From: Chiloscyllium plagiosum
Lineage: Eukaryota
Length of the DNA stretch: 34,848 bases
Assembly (NCBI RefSeq): GCF_004010195.1
Contig: NC_057752.1
Location: 12,563,867 to 12,598,714, forward strand
Direction of reading: 5' to 3'
This document shows positions 23,887 to 34,848 of this stretch, one piece after another. Each line of letters starts with the position of its first letter. Position 1 is the first letter of the stretch. The translations under genes were made by a program, and so were the position numbers. The notes under the pieces were generated by a model, which had not been told where the DNA came from, ran no database searches, and saw only the letters and a list, made by a program, of their open reading frames with translations.

Positions 23887-24654
23887 ACCAGGTTATAGTC
23901 CAACAGGTTTAATTGGAAGCACTAGCTTTCAGAGTGCTGCTCCTTCATCAGGTAGCCAGTGGGGCAGGATCATAGGACCCAGAATTTATAGTAAAAGATC
24001 AAAGTGTCATACAACTGATGTGATGTATTGAACAAACCCAGATTGCTGTTAAATCTTAATCACTTAGAACGAGGTTGAATGTTTCAATTCACGAATATGT
24101 AAATCCCGGAACTACTTTCAAGTCACATTCCTGAGATAACTTAAGGTTTTATCAAAAAAAAGGTGACAGCTCAGCTCAGACAATGCATTAAAGGTGTGAG
24201 GTTAGAGTCTGTCTGTATTCCAACTCGAGTCAGACTGGTTCTATTCCCAAAGCAGGATTTTCTAAACTGACTGCCTACGGTTGTCGAACAAAATAGAATG
24301 GATCTGCAAAAACAAATCTTCAAATTTGTTTGAAGACTACAAATTCTGGGTCCTATGATCCTGCCTGACTAACTACCCGATGAAGGAGCGGCGCTCCGAA
24401 AGCTAGTGCTTCCAAATAAAGCTGTTGGACTATAACCTGGTGTTGAGGGACTGGATGGTAATTGCCAATGACTAGCATTCCCTTCATTGCAATGCCAGAG
24501 GCTGCAGGTGCCCTGTTCACTGACATGGCAGCCAGCCTCAAAGCTGCTGAGACTCTGGGTTGAAACGTCCAAGCAATAAACCAATGAAAGTCAGAAAGGC
24601 TAATATGCAGTTCAGCCCATGTCAAGGATGTGCCTCAATCACTCTCTGTTTTCC

Positions 24655-24998
24655 AATTCATTCATGGTTTGTGGGTGTCACTGGCTAGGCTAGAATTTAT
24701 TGCCCATCCCTAATTGCCCAGAGGACAGTTAAGAGTCAACCACATTGGCTGTGGGTCTGGAGTCACGTGTAGGCCAGACTGGGTGAGGATGGCAGTTTCC
24801 TTCCCTAAAGGACATTAGTGACCCAGATGGGTTTTTCCGACAACTGGCAATAGCATCATGGTCATCAGTCGATTCTTAATCCCGGATTTCCATTGAATTC
24901 AAATTCCACCATCTGCCCTGGTAGGATTCAATCCTGGGTCCCCAGGACAATGCCTCTGGGTTAATAGTCTAGCAACGATATGATGAAGACATCACCTC
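24655..24998 (-). mobile_element. Second-family SINE, near full length
   Basis: Reverse strand reads gggacccaggattgaatcc (B box-like)..gatggtggaatttgaattca..gggaaggaaactgccatcc..gggcaataaa tail. Confidence 0.75.
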
Positions 24999-25309
24999 CT
25001 CTTCAGCCGAAAAGGGACCCGACCGCGTGGGCATCTAATTTTGACTGATGGGCCTCGCAGTAGATGGTATCCAGGTGGGCATCTGGGCTCCAGATGCCAG
25101 CCTCGAAGGCTAAGTTGCATTGATCACCAAGCAAGAAACTGGGCAAGCTTGCCAACATCAGGGTCAGAGAGAGGGACATTGGCCTTGCCCTCATTGGACA
25201 GGCTCAGCAACAACCACCTATATTCACATAGCACCTTTAACTTTGTAAAACATCCCAAAGCACTTCATTCGAATGACTGTGAAATAAAGTTGAACAAGCC
25301 AGAGAAGAG

Positions 25310-25790
25310 TTTAGATTAGAGTGGTGCTGGAAAAGCACAGCAGGTCAGGCAGCATCCAAGGAGCAGGAGAATCGACGTTTCGGGCATAAGCCCTTCATCA
25401 GGAATGAGGCTGGGTGCTTCGGAGGTGGTGAGATAAATGGGAAGGGGGTGGGGCTGCGGGGGGAGAAGGTAGCTGAGAGTGCAATAGGTGGATGGAGGTG
25501 GGGGTAAAGGTGATAGGTCAGAGGGGAGGGTGGGAAGGAAGATGGACAGGTGGAACGGGTCATGGGGGACGGTGCTAAGCTGGAAGGTTGGGACTGGGAT
25601 AAGGGTGGGGAAGGGGAAATGAGGAAACTGATGAAGTCCACATTGATGCCATGGGGTTGGAGGCTTTCGAGACGGAAGATGAGGCGTTCTTCCTCCAGGT
25701 GTCAGGTGGTAAGGGAGTGGTGATGGAGGCGGCCCAGGACCTGCATGTCCTCAGCGGAGTGGGAGGGGGAGTAGAAGTGTTTGGCCGCGT
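25310..25790 (-). mobile_element. Penelope-like element 3' end: GIY-YIG endonuclease C-terminus plus terminal repeat (family A)
   Basis: Reverse strand reads AKHFYSPSHSAEDMQVLG..LEEERLIFRLESLQPHGINVDF, followed by the same repeat as the 23676-23855 hairpin arm. Confidence 0.8.
25374..25401 (-). ncRNA. Minimal hammerhead-ribozyme-like core in the Penelope terminal repeat
   Basis: CTGATGA-a-GGGC-ttat-GCCC-GAAAC-GTC on the element's sense strand. Confidence 0.55.
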
Positions 25791-25883
25791 GGCAATGGTG
25801 TCCCAGAGATTATGGTGGCGAATGCATTTGCTGCATGTAAAATGGCAGCAGAAGCATAAATTCATCCTAAATTGGTCACTTAA

Positions 25884-27942
25884 ATGACTCAATTGGACTC
25901 CAGGCAGGAGATTGAGGGTTTGGTTAAGAAAAAGAAGGAAGCATATGTCAGGTACAGACAGGGTAGATCGAATGAATCCTTAGAAGAGTATAAAGAAAAT
26001 AGGAGTATACTTAAGAGGGAAATCAGGAGGGCAAAACAGGGACATGAGATAGCTTTGGCAAATAGGGTTAAGAAGAATCCAAAGGGATTTTATAAATATA
26101 TTAAGGACAAAAGGGAGAGAATAGGGCCCCTCAAAGATCAGCAAGGCGGCCTTTGAGTGGAACTGCAAGATATGGGGGAGATCCTAAACAAGTATTTTGC
26201 ATCAGTGTTTACTGTGGAAAAGGACATGGAAGATATAGACTGTAGGGAAATAGATAGTGACATCTTGAAAAATGTCCATATTACAGAGGAGGAAGTGCTG
26301 GATGTCATAAAACGCATAAAGGTGGTTAAATCCCCAGGACCTGATCAGGTGTACCCTCGAACACTGGAGAAGTGATTGCTGGGCCTCTTGCTGAGATATT
26401 TGTATCATTGATAGTTACAGGTGAGGTGCCGGAAGACTGGAGGTTGGCAAACGTGGTGCCACTGTTTAAGAAGGGTGGTAAAGACAAGCCAGGGAACTAT
26501 AGACCGGTGAGCCTGACCTCGGTGGTCGGCAAGTTGTTGGAGGGAATCCTGAGGGACAGGATGTATATGTATTTGGAAAGGCAAGGACTGATTAGGGATA
26601 GTCAACATGGCTTTGAAGGCAGAGTGTGGACACGATCTATATGGACCTCAGTAAGGCGTTTGACAAGGTTCCCCATGGGACATTGATTAGCGAGGTTAGA
26701 TCTCACGGAATACAGGGAGAACTAGCCATTTGGATACAGAACTGGCTCAAAGGTAAAAGACAGAGGGTGGTGGTGGAGGGTTGTTTTTCAGACTGGAGGC
26801 CTGTGACCAGTGGAGTGCCACAAGGATTGGTGCTGGGCCCTCTACTTTTTGTCATTTACGTAAATGATTTGATGCGATCATAAGAGGTACAGTTAGTAAG
26901 TTTGCAGATGACACCAAAATTGGGGGTGTAGGGTTACAGGGGTGGGTCTAGGTGGGAAGCTCTGCGGAGGGTCGGTGTGGACTCAATGGGCCGTACAGCC
27001 TGATTCCACACTGTAGGGATTCTATTAAAAACAGACGGACCTATTCATAGGAACAGACGTGTGCTGGGCCCTCTACTTTTTGTCATTTACATAAATGATT
27101 TGATGCGATCATAAGAGGTACAGTTAGTAAGTTTGCGGATGACACCAAAATTGGGGGTGTAGGGTTACAGGGGTGGGTCTAGGTGGGAAGCTCTTCGGAG
27201 GGTCGGTGTGGAGTCAATGGGCCTGTACAGCCTGATTCCACACTGTAGGGATTCTATTAAAAACAGACGGACCTATTAATAGGAACAGACGTGGACTGGA
27301 TAGCCCCCTCCCCAACCCCTCACCTTTGGGTCTGATGGGCCAATGGGCTGAGAAGTAGCAGATGGAGTTTAAGGCAAATCTTAGCAGGATTTATACACTT
27401 AATGGTAAGGTCCTGGGGAGTGTTACTGAACAAAGAGACCTTGGAGTGCAGGTTCATAGCTCCTTGAAAGTGGAGTCACAGGTGGATAGGATAGTGAAGA
27501 AGGTGTTTGGTATGCTTTCCTTTATTGGTCAGAGTATTGAGTACAGGAGTTGGGAGGTCATGTTGCGGCTGTACAGGCTGAACAGGCTGGGGCTGTTTTC
27601 CCTGGAGTGTCGGAGGCTGAGGGGTGACCTTATAGAGGTGACCTTATAGAGTCCAGAAGTAGAGGGCATAGCTTTAGGGTGAGAGGGGAAAGATATAAAA
27701 GAGACCTACGGGGCAACTTTTTCACACAGAAGGTGGTATGTGTATGGAATGAGCTGCCAGAGGATGTGGTGGAGGCTGGTACAATTGCAACATTTAAGAG
27801 GCCTCTGGATGGGTATATGAATAGGAAGGGTTTGGAGGGATATGGGGCGGGTGCTGGCAGGTGGGACCAGATTGGGTTGGGATATCTGGGTCAGCATGGA
27901 CAGCTTGGACCGAAGGGTCAGTTTCCGTGCTGTACGACTCTA
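25884..27942 (+). mobile_element. CR1/HER1-type LINE ORF2 pseudogene with many internal deletions and a complex insertion
   Basis: [102 protein letters not shown]. Confidence 0.93.
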
Positions 27943-28262
27943 AGGGCACATGCTTCGAGTTGCACACTCTAGCTTGGATCCAATCCATTAAACATTGGTC
28001 TCGAGATAAGCCAATGGAAGTATTTTCAGAGTCACCTGTTGCCCTTTGAGCAGGAGCAATTTGTGAAATGTATACATCGCCACCAAAGAAAATCAATGTG
28101 AAAGGAGGCAGGTACAGATGAGGGAATACTTTATACAGGAGGAAGGAGTGTTGCATTACGGCAAGTCTACCTTTATCATGGAACGGAGGAGCAGACCCAA
28201 AGGTGGGGAGGGGGCTATCCAGTCCACGTCTGTTCCTATTAATAGGTCCTTCTGTTTTTAAT

Positions 28263-28528
28263 AGAATCCCTACAGTGTGGAATCAGGCTGTACGGGCCCA
28301 TTGACTCCACACCGACCCTCCGAAGAGCTTCCCACCTAGACCTGTAACCCTGCATTTCCCATGGCCAATCCACCCTGACCTGCACATCTTCGGACTGTGG
28401 GAGGAAACCCACGCAGACACGGGGAGAATGTGCAAACTCCACACAGACAGCTGCCCAAGGCTGGAATCCAACCTGGGTCCCTGACACTGTGAGGCAGCAG
28501 TGCTAACCACTAAGCCACCGTGCCACCC
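28263..28528 (-). mobile_element. HE1-type SINE variant
   Basis: Reverse complement of the head and core, with a variant tail. Confidence 0.85.
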
Positions 28529-28919
28529 TAAAAATGGTTTTTAAAATATGCTGTATTGCACTGTAGGTTTAGGTATATATCTATATTCCTCTCAACTATC
28601 TATTCATAAAAACAAAATTTGTATCAGATGCACTGCATTTGAAGGCTAATTATTGCTTTGTCTGAGATTTTGCAAACGAGACCTGGACTGGATGGAATTG
28701 TGGTCACTGGCCAACATATATATTAGCAATCCATATAGATATCCCAAGAGGATAGTACAGTGTCATGTCAGCGTCCAAGAATAGGCCCGAAACTGATTGG
28801 TTTTTGCTGGCAGTCCAATCACTCAGCGATACTGTTGGGTTGTTGAGGGTCCCACCCAGTGGTTAGAGAATCAGCACAGAACCTTCATCCAATATGTTGG
28901 AAAGCCCAACAGCCTTTCA

Positions 28920-29795
28920 GACACTTGATGTCAAGGGCTGTCCCTCTCCCCTCACCCTCTGGAATTCAGCTCTTTTGTCCATGTTTGACCCAAGACTGTA
29001 ATGAGGTCAGGAGCTGAGTGGCCCTGGTGGGACCCAAACTGGGCGTTACTGAGCAGGGTATTGCTGAGCAGGTGCTGCTTGATAGCACTGTTGGTGACAC
29101 CTTCCATCACTTTCCTGATGATCGAGAGGAGACTGATGGGACGGTAATTGGCTGGGTGGGATTTGTCCTGCTTTTTGGGTACAGGACATACCTGGCCAAT
29201 TTTCCACATTGTCGAGTAGATGCCAGTGTTATAACTGTACTGGAACAGCTTGGCTAGGGGAGCGGCAAGTTCTGGAACACAAGTCTTCAGTCCTATTTCT
29301 GGAATGTTGTCTGGGCCCATAGCCTTTGCAGTTAGGTAAGGGGTAAATGTAGGGGTATGGGTGGGTTACGCTTCGGTGGGGCGGTGTGGACTTGTTGGGC
29401 CGAAGGGCCTGTTTCCACTCTGTAAGTAATCTAATCCAGTGTCTCCAACCGTTTCTTGATATCACATGGAGTGAATCGGATTGGCTGAAGACTGGGATCT
29501 GTGACGCTGGGGACCACTGGAGGAGGCCGAGATGGATCATCCACTCAGCACTTCTGGCTGAAGATTGCTGTGAAAGCTTCTGCCTTATCTTTCGGGGATA
29601 TTTGTGGAGCGACCAGCATTCCCGCTTGGATGTGGCAGGACTGCAGAGCTTAGATCTGATCCGTTGGTTGTGGGATCGCTTAGCTCTGTCTATCACTTGC
29701 TGCTTTTACTGTTTGGTATGCAAGTCACCCTGGTTGGTGGCTTCACACCCCATTTTTAGGTATGCCTGCTGCTGCTCCTGGCGTGTCTTCCTGCA
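28920..29795 (-). mobile_element. Second APE-RT LINE family, linker to RT; contains an HE1 3' fragment at ~29331-29436 (+)
   Basis: GPDNIPEIGLKTCVPELAAPLAKLFQYSYNTG..WKIGQVCPVPKK..ANYRPISLLSIIRKVME..AQFG. Confidence 0.85.
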
Positions 29796-31185
29796 ATATT
29801 CAGCCCCTTTGAGCCTGTTCCATAATTGAAAAGGATCACAGTTGAACTGCTGTCTAATTCCATCTGCCTGCTTTGGCTCATATCTCTTGATACCCTCGAT
29901 TAGTAAAACATTTGTCCGTCTCAGAATGAAATTTAACAATTGACTTCGCATCGACCGAAGTTTGAGGAAGAGAATTCCAAACCTCTACCATCCTTTTTGT
30001 GTGGAAGTGCTTTCTCTCCTGAATGGCCTCGCCTTGTTTCTCAGGCTCTGCCCCTGGTTCTGAAAGCTTTCTGACGACCTTGATTTGATCTCCTAAATTC
30101 TAAAGAATAAAGGCCTAATTTGTCCAATCTCTCCTCCAAACCTAACCCCCGGAGTCCAGGTATCACCTTGGTAAACCTGTGTTGAATTCCATCCAGGGTT
30201 AAGGCGTCCATAATGGCGTGTTCTTGATTAGCGCAAAGCATTCAAGTTGGGGTCGAACTGGGGTTTTGTCATGACTGCATCCCCCTCCTCCAGCCTTCAC
30301 ATGTGAAAGCCAGCATTCTGTTAGCCTTCGAGATGATTTTTCTGCAGCTGGTTGGGGGTTTTTTTTAAAGAGTTGTCCACCTGGTTCCCCCAAATCTCTT
30401 TGGACACCCACTGTCTTTAACTTCACACCATTTAAAAGGTAACTCTTTCCATCCAAAATGGAGAGCCCCACACTTGCTTCCATTAAAATCCACCTGCAAC
30501 AACTTTGCCCATTTACCTAATCTATCGATATCCCGTTGTAATTTTATAAGACAGAGGCGTGGAAGTCAGGCCATTCGGCCCATCGAGTCTGCTCTGCCCT
30601 TTAATCTTGGCTGATGGGCATTTCAATTCCACTTATGCTGCCATCAACACTGCTGCAGAATTTTGCGTTTTGTCAGCAAATTTGGATATTTGACTTTTTA
30701 ATGCCATTATTCAAATCCTGAATGAAGATTGTGAATAACTGAGACCCTGACATAGATCCTTTCAGGATACCGTTCATCACCTCCTGCCGATTTGAGTACT
30801 TACCCATTATTCCCACTCGCTGTTTCCTGCCACTCCACCAATTTCTTATGCATGTCAATAGTTTGCCCTCAGTTCCACCTGAGCTAACAGTCTTGTGTGG
30901 GAATTTATCAAAAGCCTTCTGGAAGTCCATACAAACAACATCCATTCACTTACCTCTGTCCACCAACTTTGTCACCTCTTCACAAACACTCTGCAATTTG
31001 TCAGGCCTGACCTACCCTTCATGAATCCAGACGGACTCTCCCTGATTAGCTGAAAATTTTCAAGGTGATCGGTTTACCCTTACACAGGGCTAACTAGTCT
31101 ATAATTCCCTCTATAATTTTCCTCTGCCACCCTTCTTAAAGAGTAGAAGCTCATGAGCAAATTTCCAATCCAGGAATACAACTCC
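29796..31185 (-). mobile_element. Decayed CR1 (RT to 3' end) lying between two parts of the second LINE; extra CR1 tail at ~30548-30632
   Basis: DVVCMDFQKAFDKFPH..LFTIFIQDL..QRDLG..LEERLDKLGLYSLEFRR. Confidence 0.8.
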
Positions 31186-31186
31186 T

Positions 31187-31925
31187 AATGCAGCAGATTG
31201 TGCTGGAGTACAGTTCTCCTGCTGCAGATGGCCCACAGTGCCTCATGGATGCCCCAGACTTGAGTTGCTCGATCTGTTCGAGGTCTGCCCCACTTAGTGG
31301 TGGTCACTGTTGGACTATCACGGACAGATACATCTGCAGCTGGCAGATTGGTAAGGATGAGGTTGAGTATGTTTTTCCCCCTTGTTGGTTCCCCCACCAC
31401 CTGCCGCAGACCCAGGGTAGCAGCTATGTCCTTTAGGACCTGACCAGCTCGATCAGTAATGCTGCTGCTGAGCCACTCTTGGTGGTGGACATTGAGATCC
31501 CCCACCCAGGGTACATTCTGTGACCTTGCCACCCTCAGTGCTTCCTCTAAGTGTTGTTCAACACGGAGGAGTACCGATCCATCAGCCGAGGGAGGGTGGT
31601 ACGTGGGAATCAGCAGGAGGGTTCCTTGCCCAGGTTTAACCTGAAGCCATGAGACTTCATGGGGCCCGGAGTCAATGTTGAGGACTCCCAGAGTAACTCC
31701 CTCCCGACTGTATCCCACTGTGTCCCCACCTCAGCTGCGTCTGTCCTGCCGGTGGGACAGGATGTATCCAGGGATGGTGATGGTAGGTCTGGGACATTGT
31801 CTGGAAGGTATGATTCCGTGAGCAGGACTATGTCAGGCTGTTGTTGGAGTAGTCTGTGAGACAGCTCTCCCAGTTTGGGCACTAGGCCCCAGATGGTAGT
31901 GAGGAGGACCCTGCAGGGTTGACGG
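31187..31925 (-). mobile_element. Second LINE family, APE endonuclease region
   Basis: PKLGELSHRLLQQQPDIVLLTESYL..YHPPS..WVGDLNVHHQEWL..QVVGEPTRGKNILNLILTN. Confidence 0.85.
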
Positions 31926-31961
31926 GGCTCTGTCCAGGTTCATTCCTTTTTCCTTTTTAAT

Positions 31962-32197
31962 AGTTCATACAACTGAGTGTTGTGCTTGGCCATTTCAAAG
32001 GGCGGTTAAGCATCAAGAGACATTGCTGTAGGTCTGGAGTCACACATAGGCCAGAGCAGGTAAAGACAGCAGTCTCCTTCCCTGAACGGCATTAGTGAGC
32101 TGGGTGGGTTTTACCAACAATCGATTCGTGGTCATCGTTAGACTTTCAATTCCAGCTTTCAGTGTTTTGAATTCAAATTCCATCATCTGCCACAGTG
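31962..32197 (-). mobile_element. Second-family SINE
   Basis: Homologous to 24655-24920. Confidence 0.7.
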
Positions 32198-33137
32198 AAC
32201 TTTGCACTTGTGTGCTTGGGTACTCTGGACTACTGATCCAGGACAAAGCAGCCGCTTGGTTGGCCCCACATCCACAAACATCCACCCCGCCCCCCAACCC
32301 TCAATTCTCAATATTAGCCTCACTCACTGACAACACGTTAATGGTGCCTGAGCCCTTATGGCTGTGTGTCTGAACTGACTTCCAGCTGTCCCATGAAAAC
32401 CAGGCCTGGATGGGCCAATCGGCCTCTTTCTGCATTGCAAGGTTTCTATGAGTCGATGATCGGTTGGTCCGAAGACAAGAGCGATGGAGTGCCTATGTTC
32501 TCAATTTCCAGTTGCCAATTTACTGAGGGGTTGTACTGTGAGTTAAATTGCATAATAATGCAGCGATATTGTAGCCACATTCAGCTGTTTATCGTGGTTA
32601 TTGGATTATATACATTGTTTTGTCAGCTTAGCCTGCCACATGGGAGTTATACAATTGCCAAAGGTGATTACTGAGAAGATAATTATACCTCTTACTTACT
32701 TTACATTATCCCATTAATCTGGCTTAGCTGCAGACAGGGAACGCCTCCACCCCATATTCCCAATTCCCACGTCCAACGTTCCTCTGCAATTCCCTAGAGA
32801 TGGGGCCTGCAGGAACACACAGCCCTGAGTATATCAGCATAGGAACATACCATTAAGGAGCAGCAGTAAACTCAGTCCCTCAGTAAACTCTCAGCTGCTC
32901 TGCTTGACAACTGTGCTTTTGTTTTTACCTACCTCCGATAACCTGTGACCTCCCCCCCCACACCCCCCCCCCCTCCACCTTGTTAGTCAAGCCAAGAGGT
33001 GGAAATCCCTGTGCTGTACAAGTCAAGGGAAAGGATCTTAACAGTTAAAAGCAAATCCTGTGGACCCTGTCAATCTTAAGCAAACACAGACATTGCTGGA
33101 GAAACTCAGCAGTCTGGCGGCATCTGTGGACAGAATT

Positions 33138-33424
33138 GGCGCTGCTGCCTCACAGCGCCAGGGACCCAGGTTCGATTCCAGCCTCAGGCGACTGACTGTG
33201 TGGAGTTTGCACGTTCTCCCCGTGTCTGCGTGGGTTTCCTCCGGGTGCTCCGGTTTCCTCCCACAGTCCAAAGATGTGCAGGTCAGGTGAATTGGTCATG
33301 CTAAATTTCCCGTAGTGTTAGGTGCATTGGTTAAGGGGAATGGGTCTGGGTGGGTTACTCTTCGGAGGGTCGGTGTGGACTGGTTGGGCCGAAGGACCTG
33401 TTTCCACACTGTAGGGAATCTTAT
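33138..33424 (+). mobile_element. HE1-type SINE (5'-clipped) inserted in an old Penelope-like repeat (~33085-33135 and 33425-33470)
   Basis: Core and tail are HE1-type; flanks read gctggagaaactcagcagtctggcggcatctgtgga / aacagagtcaacatttcg..cttcttcagaac. Confidence 0.85.
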
Positions 33425-34028
33425 TGAAAAACAGAGTCAACATTTCGAGTCTGGCAGGACTTCTTCAGAACATTGAGTCTCCTCAGACTGGAAATGGTGG
33501 AGGGGGAGACGGTGTGTGGTATAGATCAGAAACCTTACCCTTGCTGAAGGGGCCAGCCCCCACAGGTTTTGGACCTGTGAGGATCGGCGGGAGGTGTGCA
33601 CTGCTCCCCGACTTCACCTCTTCCATTCCTGATCACCTGTTTTCCCCAAAGCAACGGAGGAATGGGGGAATGTCATGAGCGGGGCCTCTGAAAGCCCAGG
33701 ATGGTGATGGAACTGGCGCCTCATCAATGAAGGTCACGAAAGGGCTGCTGAAGATGCTGTCAGCAACTGAAGCGAAAAGGGCTCGATCTTGTTTCTGGAG
33801 CGATCACTTTGCAAAGTTGGAGAAGCCACTCAGATTTCATTAAAGCCCTAAACACAGGAGTCAGATCACCCTAATCCACCCAGTCTGAATCTAACTGGAT
33901 CAGCCCGCTAGGTGATCCTCTCCTAATTGTTTCAGTGGCTAATACTGAGTGTTAGTCACTTAAATCCTGATCTGAAGCATGTCAGAATCGAGGAAAGCCA
34001 AGCAGACTGCGAGAATAAGATGACATTT

Positions 34029-34532
34029 TAGATTAGATTAGATTAGGTTTCCCCTACAGTGTGGAAACAGGCCCTTCGGCCCAACCAGTCCACACCGACC
34101 CTCCGAAGAGTAACCCACCCAGACCCATTTCCCTCTGACTAATGCATCTAACATAATGGGCAATTTAGCATGGCCAATTCACCTGACCTTTGTTTAGATC
34201 AGAGTGGTGCTGGAAAAGCACAGCAGGTCAGGCAGCATCCGAGGAGCAGGAAAATCGATGTTTCGGGCTTTTGGTCAGGATGCTGCCCGACCGGCTGTGC
34301 TTTTCCAGCACCGCTCTGATCTAAACTCTGGTTTCCAGCATCTGCAGTCCTCACTTTTGCCTAATTCACCTGACCCTGCACATCTTTGGCCTGTGGGAAG
34401 AAACCGGAGCACCCGGAGGAAACCCACGCAGACACGGGGAGAACGTGCAAACTCCACACAGAGAGTCGCCTGAGGCGGGAATTGAACCCGGGTCTCTGGC
34501 GCTGTGAGGCAGCAGTGCTAACCACTGAGCCA
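34029..34532 (-). mobile_element. HE1-type SINE split by a family A hairpin
   Basis: (ttaga)n tail at 34029; SINE resumes at 34363. Confidence 0.88.
34189..34362. mobile_element. Penelope-like family A hairpin with 13-bp target duplication
   Basis: aattcacctgacc at 34176-34188 and 34363-34375; inverted arms tttagatcagagtggtgctggaaaagcacagc / gctgtgcttttccagcaccgctctgatctaaa. Confidence 0.8.
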
Positions 34533-34644
34533 CAAAAGGGGTGCACATAGAAATCATCACTCGATCATAATGTGCTCTAGATTTCCCAACGCCTGTAGGA
34601 CATTGCCATTGTGATTGTGAGCATCTGGCAGTGACCCTGAGGAG

Positions 34645-34848
34645 AAAGTGAGAACTGCAGATGCTGGCGATCAGAGCTGAAAAATGTGTTGCTGGAAAAG
34701 CGCAGCAGGTCAGGCAGCATCCAAGGAGCAGGAGAATCGACGTTTCGGGTATGAGCCCTTCTTCAGGAATGAGGAGAGTGTGCCAAGCAGGCTAAGATAA
34801 AAGGTAGGGAGGAGGGACTTGGGGGAGGGGTTTTGGGAGTACGATAGG
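34645..34848 (-). mobile_element. Penelope-like family A terminal repeat, cut by window end
   Basis: Same repeat as 25310-25410; hammerhead-like core at 34739-34766 (-). Confidence 0.75.

Larger units (their letters stand above)
23610..24445. mobile_element. Penelope-like non-autonomous element (family B) with ~110-bp inverted arms
   Basis: 23887-23992 is the imperfect reverse complement of 24336-24440. Each arm has a hammerhead-like core. Same family as 8911-9100. Confidence 0.65.

Noticed and set aside
25884..27942. Active reverse transcriptase gene
   Set aside because: Multiple stops, frameshifts and deletions, plus an insertion just after the FADD motif.
28799..28840. Nonamer-like ggtttttgc as part of a true RSS
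   Set aside because: No CACTGTG heptamer at 12- or 23-bp spacing, and no V/J segment nearby.

Overview
Eukaryotic, repeat-saturated intergenic or intronic DNA. It is almost certainly from a cartilaginous fish (shark/ray), given about 11 copies or fragments of an HE1-type tRNA-derived SINE and many CR1/HER1-type LINE fragments sharing its 3' tail. I found no intact protein-coding gene. The window holds decayed non-LTR elements (CR1, Rex1/Babar, a second APE-RT LINE family), a second SINE family, Penelope-like remnants and hairpins with minimal hammerhead-ribozyme cores, a perfect 190 x 27-bp G-rich minisatellite, and four N gaps. Main observations: (1) the ~1.8-kb block between two oppositely oriented copies of the minisatellite is inverted, shown by two nested CR1 elements that each resume on the opposite strand (true inversion or mis-oriented contig); (2) a CR1 copy carries a twice-repeated inverted copy of DNA from ~0.9 kb downstream; (3) two Penelope-like hairpin families carry hammerhead cores, and two insertions have target-site duplications; (4) several minus-strand exon candidates, one ending in an ITIM-like motif. 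I do not see a clearly new biological system. Family names are from recognition, not database searches, and element boundaries are approximate (+/-10-30 bp) unless stated.
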